From contig JBFGLM010000065.1 in assembly GCA_041576165.1 (NCBI GenBank), positions 1-22,506 of the forward strand: 22,506 nucleotides of DNA, given 5' to 3'. Both the position numbers and the translations under genes were made by a program. Within the stretch, counting starts at the first letter, position 1. Every line of letters starts with the position of its first letter. Below are positions 15,333-22,506 of this stretch, in pieces. The notes below the pieces were generated by a model that saw only the letters and a list, made by a program, of their open reading frames with translations, did not search any database and was not told the origin of the DNA. The DNA is from Acidimicrobiia bacterium. GTDB taxonomy: Bacteria; Actinomycetota; Acidimicrobiia; Spongiisociales; Spongiisociaceae.

Positions 15333-16222
15333 ACAACGTTGAGCCGGCGCTGCTCAGGCGCCTCGAGCTCACGGTGCTGCGGCGGGTCGACGGTCTTCTC
15401 CAGGGTGATTATCAGGGTCTGCTGCCTGCCCCTGGGTGGGAGAAAGGTGATGCGCGTCCCTACATGCCCGGCGACGACGTACGGCGCATTGATTGGACGG
15501 TGACCGCCCGCACCAACGAGCCTCACGTGCGGACGACCGTGGCCGATCACGAGCTCGAAGTGACGTTCCTGGTGGACATGTCGTCGTCGATGGCGTTCGG
15601 CACCGGTATGAACGAAAAACATGAGGTCGCGGCCGGCATCGTCGGCGTGCTCGGCCTGGTAGCCGTGCGAGGCGGCAACCGCGTGGGAGCGCTGGTCGCC
15701 GCGCAGGATCGGATACACATCATCCCTCCCGGAGCGGGGCGGGATCACCTCTATCGGATCCTCACCAAAGTGGTCGAGCCAACCCGGGATGGCGAGGCCG
15801 TGCTGCTGCGCGTTGCGATCACCCGGGTGGGCCGGCTGGCCAAGAAACGAGGCCTGATCGTGGTCGTGTCGGACTTCCTGGACGATCATGACTGGATCCG
15901 GGCGTTACGTCCGGTCGTCGACCGGCACACCGTGCTGGCCGTGGAAGTAGTAGATCCGCGTGAGCTGGATATCCCGCCGGTCGGGGTGCTGGCTGTGGTG
16001 GATCCCGAAACCGGCCGTCGTCGCCACGTGGATACGAACTCTGCCAAGTTACGGGCCCGTTTTCGAGAAGCCGCGGCTCGGCAGCGGAAAGAAATCGCCG
16101 ACAGCCTGGCCGCAGCCGGTGCCCAGCATCTCGTCCTGCGCACCGACAAAGATTGGATTCCGGCGCTGGTCCGGCACATGGAGCTTTCCCGCCAGCGAGC
16201 CCGGCTGGGGGCGAGGGTATGA
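15329..16222 (+). CDS. DUF58 domain protein (MoxR-associated)
   Basis: ATGA overlap; RPYMPGDDVRRIDWTVTART, VDMSSSMAFG, VVVSDFL. Confidence 0.93.
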   Translation: MNNVEPALLRRLELTVLRRVDGLLQGDYQGLLPAPGWEKGDARPYMPGDDVRRIDWTVTARTNEPHVRTTVADHELEVTFLVDMSSSMAFGTGMNEKHEVAAGIVGVLGLVAVRGGNRVGALVAAQDRIHIIPPGAGRDHLYRILTKVVEPTRDGEAVLLRVAITRVGRLAKKRGLIVVVSDFLDDHDWIRALRPVVDRHTVLAVEVVDPRELDIPPVGVLAVVDPETGRRRHVDTNSAKLRARFREAAARQRKEIADSLAAAGAQHLVLRTDKDWIPALVRHMELSRQRARLGARV

Positions 16223-17202
16223 GTTTCTTGGCGCCGGAGCGCTTGTTTCTCCTGGCCGTGCCGGCGGTGGTGGCCGGCGCGTACATCTGGGCCCAGCACC
16301 GTAGGGCCACCTACGCAGTCCGCTTCACCAACCTCGAGCTGCTCGACCGGGTCGCACCGGAGGCTCCGGGGTGGCGACGTCACCTCCCGGCGGCTGCTCT
16401 CCTGGCCGCTCTCATCTCGCTGGCGGTGGCTACCGCCCGCCCGGCTGCCAGCGTCGAGGTCCCGCAGGAGGAAGCGACGGTGGTGCTGGCCATCGACGTG
16501 TCGCTGTCGATGGACGCCGACGACGTCGAGCCCAACCGTCTGGAGGCCGCCAAGGCTGCTGCAGCCTCGTTCCTCGAGCAAGTCCCTGAAGAGATGAACG
16601 TCGGTCTTGTATCGTTCTCGGGCGCGGTCACCGTCCTGGTGCCTCCGACCACAGATCACACCGCGGTCGAGGCATCGATCGGCCGGCTGCAGCTCGGTCC
16701 GGGCACGGCGATCGGCGAGGCGATCTTCTCGTCCCTAGACCTGATCGCTGAGACAGAGGCGTCGTCCTCCGACCCGGCGTCGTCCGACTCAGACACCAAT
16801 GGTGACCGACAGCAGCCGGCAGCCACCATCCTCGTGCTCTCGGACGGTGAGACCACCGCCGGCCGGCCGGATGCGATGGCGAGCGCCGCGGCGGGGGAGC
16901 GTGGCATCCCCATATCGACCGTGGCGTTTGGCACCGATCAAGGCGAGGTTTCACTTCCCGACGGGATCGTGCCGGTGCCGGTGAACGAAGGGGCGCTGGC
17001 ACAGGTCGCCGGGGACACCGGCGGTGAGTTTTTCGACGCAGACTCCTCAGACGACCTGCGATCTGTCTTCGAGGGGATCGGGTCGGAGATCGGCCGGGAA
17101 GTGGAGGAACGCGAGCTCACCGACTGGTTTGCCGCCGCCGGGCTCCTCTTCGCCGGACTGGCGGCGGCCGGCTCGATCGTGTGGTTCTCCCGCCTGCCCT
17201 GA
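16219..17202 (+). CDS. Membrane-anchored VWA-domain protein (BatA-like)
   Basis: ATGA overlap; MSFLAP..L N-terminus; MIDAS motif DVSLS, GTAIG, LSDG; C-terminal TM ending SRLP. Confidence 0.93.
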   Translation: MSFLAPERLFLLAVPAVVAGAYIWAQHRRATYAVRFTNLELLDRVAPEAPGWRRHLPAAALLAALISLAVATARPAASVEVPQEEATVVLAIDVSLSMDADDVEPNRLEAAKAAAASFLEQVPEEMNVGLVSFSGAVTVLVPPTTDHTAVEASIGRLQLGPGTAIGEAIFSSLDLIAETEASSSDPASSDSDTNGDRQQPAATILVLSDGETTAGRPDAMASAAAGERGIPISTVAFGTDQGEVSLPDGIVPVPVNEGALAQVAGDTGGEFFDADSSDDLRSVFEGIGSEIGREVEERELTDWFAAAGLLFAGLAAAGSIVWFSRLP

Positions 17203-17280
17203 CCCACGCTGCCTGCGACAAAGAACCGAACCGGCCGCTCCACCGTATCTGAGACCGACAGGTGCGATGGGAGGGCGACC

Positions 17281-18276
17281 GTGGGGTCAACCACGTTGCT
17301 GCGAAATTCGGTTCGAATCGGGGGAGCACTCGTAGTGATCCTGCTCCTCGTGGCCGGGCCGGTGGTCAGTGTGAGCGGCGCCCAGGCCGGCGGGCTCCCT
17401 CCCGGTGGCACCTTCACCGATGATGACGGCAACATCCATGAGGGTTTCATCGAGGCGATCGCGGCTGCGGGCGTCACCCAGGGCTGTGACGCCTCGGGCA
17501 CCCTCTACTGTCCCGGCCGGCTTGTCACCCGAGGGCAGATGGCCTCGTTCCTGGCGCGGGCGCTGGGCCTGGCCCCGTCCGCGGTGGATTTCTTCGCAGA
17601 CGATGACACCTCGGCCCACGAGGCCAGCATCAACTCCATCGCCGCAGCCGGTATCACCCTTGGGCTTCCCGACGGGAGTTTCGATCCCGGCGGCACGGTG
17701 AGCAGGGCCCAGATGGCTTCGTTCCTGGCGCGGGGGATTCCCGGCTTGGCAGCCGCCACCCAGGACCATTTCGGCGACGACGACGGGACCACCCATGAGG
17801 CCAACATCAACCTCGTGGCCGAGAATGGCATAACCCTCGGCTGTGACGCCGCCGGGTTGCTCTACTGCCCCCTCCAGCGGGTGCGCCGTGACCACATGGC
17901 GTCCTTCATCGGGCGGGCGCTCGGGCTCACAGAGATGTTCCCTCCGACCACAACGACGACAACCACGACCACCACCGCTCCACCCACCACGACAACGGTC
18001 GACGTCCCTCAGACTTTCGCCGTGACGGTCGGTGACGATTTCTTCAGCCCGAGCAGCCGGACGATTGACGCCGGTGATTCGATCCTCTTCAACAAGACGA
18101 CCGATGGATTCCACGACGTCACGTTTGTCGACCCTTCAATCGGCGGCAATCCCCAGGGGACCACGACCAGCACATTCACGTGGACCGTGCAGTTCGACCA
18201 GCCGGGCACATACACGTATTTCTGCACCATCCACTCTGGCGTGGGCATGAACGGGGCCATCACGGTGAATGGGTGA
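17281..18276 (+). CDS. Secreted S-layer homology (SLH) domain protein with Thr linker and C-terminal cupredoxin (plastocyanin/azurin-like) domain
   Basis: RBS GGAGG; signal peptide; three F.DD....HE..I..(I/V)A..G(I/V)T.G....(T/S/R)R.(Q/H)MASF repeats; type-1 Cu ligands FHDV and YFCTIHSGVGM. Confidence 0.9.
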   Translation: MGSTTLLRNSVRIGGALVVILLLVAGPVVSVSGAQAGGLPPGGTFTDDDGNIHEGFIEAIAAAGVTQGCDASGTLYCPGRLVTRGQMASFLARALGLAPSAVDFFADDDTSAHEASINSIAAAGITLGLPDGSFDPGGTVSRAQMASFLARGIPGLAAATQDHFGDDDGTTHEANINLVAENGITLGCDAAGLLYCPLQRVRRDHMASFIGRALGLTEMFPPTTTTTTTTTTAPPTTTTVDVPQTFAVTVGDDFFSPSSRTIDAGDSILFNKTTDGFHDVTFVDPSIGGNPQGTTTSTFTWTVQFDQPGTYTYFCTIHSGVGMNGAITVNG

Positions 18277-18321
18277 TCTGGAATGGTCGAACGACAGATG
18301 CAAAACGAAAGGAGATTCGGA

Positions 18322-19380
18322 ATGGGTGGACGGGTTGCTCGCAGTGGGCGGCTGCTGGCCGCAATCATGGTCGTCATGCTGCTGGCGACGGGTGTGACCT
18401 TTGTGGCCGGGGGTCAAGCCGCGGCCGGTGGGCTCCCGCCTGGAGGCACCTTCACCGACGACGATGGCAACACCCACGAGGGTTTCATCGAGGCTATCGC
18501 CGCCGCCGGCATCACCCAGGGTTGTGACGCCTCGGGCACCCTGTACTGTCCCGACGCCCTCGTCACACGGGGCCAGATGGCATCGTTCCTGGCGAGAGCG
18601 CTGGGGTTGCCGCCCTCCAATACGGATTGGTTCTCTGACGACGACAGCTCCACCCACCAGGACAACATCAACGCGATCGCCACGGCTGGGATAACGCTTG
18701 GCTTTGCCGACGGCACCTTCCGACCAGACGGATTCGTCAGCCGGGCCCAGATGGCTTCTTTCCTCGCCCGCGGAGTGCCGAATCTCGCCCCCGCCGGCCA
18801 AGACTTCTTCACCGACGACACCGGCAACACCCACGAGGCCAATATCAACCTGATGGCGGAGAACGGGATCACCCTCGGATGTGACGCCTCGGGCACCCTC
18901 TACTGCCCCGACGCCGAAGTCCGGCGTGACCAGATGGCGTCGTTCATCGGCCGGGCGCTCGACCTGAACCCGGTCGTACCGCCGCCGCCCACAACCGGCG
19001 CCACGACCACGACCTCCAGCGCCACCACCAGCGCTCCGACGACCGCGCCCACTACCACGACCAGCACGACGATGCCCACCACGACGAGCACTTCTGCCAC
19101 GACGACTACAACCATGCCAGCGCAAGTGGTGAATGTGCTCGACAACCTGTTCCAACCGAACAATGTCGCGATCACCGTGGGCGATACGGTCTCGTTCAGC
19201 AAGATGACCGGCGGTTTCCACAACGTGAACTTCGCCGACCCGTCGATTGCCGACTCGGGTTCGCCGACCACCGCGACATTCACTCACAACGTGACCTTCA
19301 ACAGCTCTGGGGTGTTCACTTACGTGTGTGATATCCACCAGGGAATAGGAATGACCGGGTCGGTCACGGTGAATCCGTAA
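18322..19380 (+). CDS. Second SLH + Thr linker + cupredoxin protein (tandem paralog)
   Basis: RBS AAAGGAG before ATG 18322; same architecture; ligands FHNV and YVCDIHQGIGM. Confidence 0.9.
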   Translation: MGGRVARSGRLLAAIMVVMLLATGVTFVAGGQAAAGGLPPGGTFTDDDGNTHEGFIEAIAAAGITQGCDASGTLYCPDALVTRGQMASFLARALGLPPSNTDWFSDDDSSTHQDNINAIATAGITLGFADGTFRPDGFVSRAQMASFLARGVPNLAPAGQDFFTDDTGNTHEANINLMAENGITLGCDASGTLYCPDAEVRRDQMASFIGRALDLNPVVPPPPTTGATTTTSSATTSAPTTAPTTTTSTTMPTTTSTSATTTTTMPAQVVNVLDNLFQPNNVAITVGDTVSFSKMTGGFHNVNFADPSIADSGSPTTATFTHNVTFNSSGVFTYVCDIHQGIGMTGSVTVNP

Positions 19381-19527
19381 CGCTCCACGAGAAGGGCGAT
19401 CGGCAGAGAAGTCGGGCGAGCGAGGAGCTGGGGAGGCGAAGACGGGGACTGATGAGAACGGACGGAGGGCCGGCGGGGTTGGAGCCGGTTACGGGCGCGC
19501 GGAATGCCGCGCCGTCCTTAGCTGGAG

Positions 19528-19550
19528 GGTGGGCGTCTGCGCAGCCCACC
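19528..19550. terminator. GC-rich hairpin between convergent genes, possible terminator
   Basis: GGTGGGC-N9-GCCCACC; no U-tract. Confidence 0.3.
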
Positions 19551-19603
19551 GCTCGGGCAGCACTGGCACCAACGCACCGGGATTCGCGTGCAGCCGGGGA
19601 ATA

Positions 19604-19753
19604 TCAGGCTGCTACTTCGAGTTCGGGTTCGACGGTCTGCTCGACCATCGATCGCAGATCCAGGGCGAAATCAACCGTCACATTGGGGAGCCAGTCGGCA
19701 TGAGCCGTCAGGAAAGTGTCGATGAAATTGAGGATCTCGTTGGTATCTCTCAT
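19604..19753 (-). CDS. Small hypothetical protein (49 aa), absent from the ORF track
   Basis: GAGGTGAGAGGT RBS-like sequence before the ATG; MRDTNEILNFIDTFLTAHADWLPNVTVDFALDLRSMVEQTVEPELEVAA*, two amphipathic helices. Confidence 0.65.
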   Translation of the reverse strand: MRDTNEILNFIDTFLTAHADWLPNVTVDFALDLRSMVEQTVEPELEVAA

Positions 19754-20070
19754 GGTCTGTACCTCTCACCTCGTGAAACAAACCCAACACCCGGATGATT
19801 CCGTCACCTAAACGTGTCGCCGGATTTGTCCTTCTGCTTAGGACCCAAGAGTCATGTCGGTGCATGTACCCATCGGGATCGGGTTGTAACCTCTGCTTGC
19901 CCTTTGGTACGTGCACGCCGCTTGGACGTGACGACTGGCCGTCAAAGTTCCTTCGTCCGATCGCCGTTGCGGCTTGAAGATCATCTCCGTTGCCGCCGCA
20001 CTGACCAGTTACTCCAATAGACCACTGGATGCGCGCCGGAATACCTCGGATCTGCGACCAGCTGTGCTGG

Positions 20071-21291
20071 TCAGGCGAATGTCCGGCCGAGCAACAACGC
20101 CGCCGCCATCAACGTCAGCGCCCCGGCGGTGACCATCCGGATGTAGCGCCACGGTCCCCGGCGAACCCACGCCCGCAGGAACGCTCCGGCTCCGACGGCT
20201 ACTGCGCCGGCGGCCGCCCCGCCGTAGCCCAGCCTGCTCCACGTATTTGGATCGTCGGGGCCGACCAGCGACAGAAACCCGAGCGCGACGAGAAGCAGCT
20301 CTGGCCGCCAGCCCCGGCTTGGGCGCGTGGGCTGCCGGCGGAAAGGGCGCAGCGCCATGATGTTCGCCGGTCTCGGTGTTGGTGTCGTCGCGGCCGGCGC
20401 GGACGTCGGCGACACCGGTTGGATCAGCTGGTCGCGGATAGCGGGCGGGTCTGCCCCGAGCGCACGCAGGATGTCTTGGTCGTCACCGATTGCATGGTCG
20501 ATCAGCGCCGCTAGAACATGGTGCGGGGCAATCAGGCCGGTGGCGAGTTCGGCTGCGTCGTCGAGTACCGCCCGCATCTCCCGGCTGAACGGAACGTGAT
20601 CCTTCGGTCCCTCGTCGCCCCGGCCGATGATCTCCTCGAACGCCACCCGGGCCGCCTCCAGGCTGATCCGTTGATGCTGCAGCGCCGTACGCGCTTCCGA
20701 AGGCGTGTCGAGGATCCCCAACAGCACGTGGCCAGGACCCACCTCGGGGTACGCCAGCTCGCGAGCGTACGCGCCGGCCTTGACGATCATCGCTCGTGTG
20801 GTATCGGTGAAACGCTCCATGACGGCCGGCGCCGGCGGCATCGACAGGACCGACTCGATCAGCCGGTGCAGCCGCTCATGCGAGATGCCCTGGGCCCGGA
20901 TCATGCTCACTCCGTCGAGTTCATGTGATTCGGTAGCGGCCTCCAACAGGTGTTGAGCTGCGACTCGCCGAGCTCCGCGCTCAGCGGCGATCTCACGAAC
21001 TCTGGTCAGGAACGCTGGATCGAAATGGGGGTTGCCCGAGCGCGAGTCCGGGCGTATCTCGTGGTTGATCCAGGCCTTGGCGATCCGTCCGCTCATGCCG
21101 GCCTCCCGCAAAGCCTGGGCGGCCGGGGTGTTCACCGCCAGCCAGTTGGCGAGGACGATGTGAGCCGACGACACCACCGGATGCCGGGCCATCCGGGCCT
21201 CGGCGCTCGCCACCACCAGGATCCATCTCGCCGACGGCTCGAAGTCGCCGAAGTCGTTCTTGTCGAATATGCGGTCAAGTGCGGCGGTCAT
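20071..21291 (-). CDS. Clp protease N-terminal (Clp repeat) domain protein: two Clp-N domains plus C-terminal TM helices, no ATPase
   Basis: F...AR.IL..A..EAR...H..V...HIVLA and MERFTD..R..I..A...AREL....VGPGHVLLGIL ... HVPFS.....VL..A......I...HVL.AL; hydrophobic C-terminus. Confidence 0.82.
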   Translation of the reverse strand: MTAALDRIFDKNDFGDFEPSARWILVVASAEARMARHPVVSSAHIVLANWLAVNTPAAQALREAGMSGRIAKAWINHEIRPDSRSGNPHFDPAFLTRVREIAAERGARRVAAQHLLEAATESHELDGVSMIRAQGISHERLHRLIESVLSMPPAPAVMERFTDTTRAMIVKAGAYARELAYPEVGPGHVLLGILDTPSEARTALQHQRISLEAARVAFEEIIGRGDEGPKDHVPFSREMRAVLDDAAELATGLIAPHHVLAALIDHAIGDDQDILRALGADPPAIRDQLIQPVSPTSAPAATTPTPRPANIMALRPFRRQPTRPSRGWRPELLLVALGFLSLVGPDDPNTWSRLGYGGAAAGAVAVGAGAFLRAWVRRGPWRYIRMVTAGALTLMAAALLLGRTFA

Positions 21292-21547
21292 GGGCGAGCC
21301 CTCGGGCGGCGCCGGTCCCCGGCGCGGGCGGGAGTGTGGATCTGATCACCCGGCCAACCTGAGCGGTGTGTTGGTGAGCCCATACGATCCCGGTCGAGCC
21401 TCCGGCCGGTCCCCTCCGGCGCGTGGTCGCCCCGGGCTCCTTCCCATCACGGATGCTATTGATCATTGCATCGGCAGCGCTAATGGCGACTTGACCGTAA
21501 CGTCTCGGTGAGGCAGCGGGCCGCTGCACGCCATCCGGTGATTGGTC

Positions 21548-22506
21548 TCAGGCCAGGCGCGCCACGTGGCCAAGCGTCGTGTCCAACTCGTGCTCAGTAT
21601 TGAAATAGTGGGGTGACGCCCGAACCAAGGTGGGCAGTCCCCTGCGTACTGCGTCGAGCAGCGTCGAGTTCGGTGTCGATACGCTGACGGCTACTCCAGC
21701 CGCCGCCAGGCGGGCCTGCACATCTTCGGCCTGCAGACCAGCCACCGAGAAGGACACGATGGCACCCTGGTGCTGTCCGATGTCATGAACCGTGACGGCG
21801 GGCAGCGTCGACAGGCGCTCCCTCAGCCCGGCGCCGAGCGCGGTAGCGCGCGCTTCTATCGCCGGCATCCCCAGGTCGAGGGCGTAACGGGCCGCCGCCC
21901 CCAGCCCGAGTAGCGACGCCACGTTGAACTCCCATGTCTCGTAGCGTCGCGCGTCGGGCCGCATCTCGAAGGCATTCGGGCTGGTCCAGGTGGCGCCGTG
22001 CAAGTCGAGGAACGGTGGGCGGCTGCGTTCCAGCATCTGGCGGCGCACGAAGAGAAATCCGGTGCCGCGCGGACCGCGCAGGAACTTCCGCCCGGTGGCG
22101 CTCAACATATCGCACCCGATGCCCCGCACATCGATATCGATCTGGCCGATCGACTGGCAGGCGTCGAGCAAGTACGGGATTCCGTGCTCGTTGGCCACCC
22201 GGCCGATGGCAGCGGCAGGGTTGATTAACCCGCCGTTTGTTGGGATATGGGTGAGAGAGATCAGACGGACCCTATCGTCCAGGATGCCCCGCAGAGCTTC
22301 GGCCGAGGTTGCCCCCTGGTCGTCCGACGGGATCACGTCCACCGTGACGCCGCGCTCATCCCGCAGCTTGAGAAAGGAGATGAAATTGGAGGCGTACTCG
22401 GCCTCGCCGGTGAGGATTCGGTCGCCCGGCTCCAACGCCAGGCTGTGCAAACCCAGTTGCCAGGACTCGGTAGCGTTTGACGTGATAGCTACCTCGTCGG
22501 GCTCGC
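21548..22506 (-). CDS. Aminotransferase class V PLP-dependent enzyme (cysteine desulfurase/C-S lyase-like); 5' end outside the window
   Basis: EVAITSNATESW, LTHIPTNGGLINP, LLDACQSIGQ, PLP-Lys motif SATGRKFLRGPRGTG, VRASPHYFNT; frame open to the window edge. Confidence 0.92.
   Translation of the reverse strand, partial: EPDEVAITSNATESWQLGLHSLALEPGDRILTGEAEYASNFISFLKLRDERGVTVDVIPSDDQGATSAEALRGILDDRVRLISLTHIPTNGGLINPAAAIGRVANEHGIPYLLDACQSIGQIDIDVRGIGCDMLSATGRKFLRGPRGTGFLFVRRQMLERSRPPFLDLHGATWTSPNAFEMRPDARRYETWEFNVASLLGLGAAARYALDLGMPAIEARATALGAGLRERLSTLPAVTVHDIGQHQGAIVSFSVAGLQAEDVQARLAAAGVAVSVSTPNSTLLDAVRRGLPTLVRASPHYFNTEHELDTTLGHVARLA

Noticed and set aside
18274-18321. The two SLH-cupredoxin genes are in one frame separated by a single TGA (possible read-through or Sec fusion)
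   Set aside because: The paralog ends at the same column with TAA, the TGA is not at a Cys position, and gene 2 has its own RBS and signal peptide. Sharing a frame is a one-in-three coincidence.
17947-19112. ACC/ACG-rich tracts and SLH DNA repeats as a possible CRISPR array or microsatellite
   Set aside because: They encode Thr linkers and protein repeats; there is no constant repeat-spacer pattern and no cas genes.

Overview
High-GC actinobacterial DNA, most likely Acidimicrobiia-like (inferred from the SLH-domain and Thr-linker lipoprotein style). The window has two halves. The left half (1-~9970) is an accessory, partly decayed region. It starts with a DUF411/CopG-type copper-binding lipoprotein whose first motif Cys codon is an in-frame TGA followed directly by a SECIS-like hairpin (candidate selenoprotein, U-G-C-C; the ORF track truncates it). 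It continues with a VanZ-like membrane protein, ISL3 and IS256 remnants, two copies of a phage-type HGG protein gene, several exported proteins (SnoaL/NTF2-like, two alpha/beta-hydrolase lipoproteins, a LamG protein), and ends at a tRNA-Leu(TAA) with an intact 3' part but a broken 5' part (probable att-site remnant). The right half is intact: a His-rich secreted protein, a CutRS-like two-component system, a membrane protein with Phe-rich LPPE..F repeats, a MoxR-DUF58-VWA module, two tandem SLH-cupredoxin genes, an unannotated 49-aa ORF, a membrane-anchored tandem Clp-N protein, and a class V PLP enzyme running off the right edge. All family calls come from motif recognition by eye; no searches were run.
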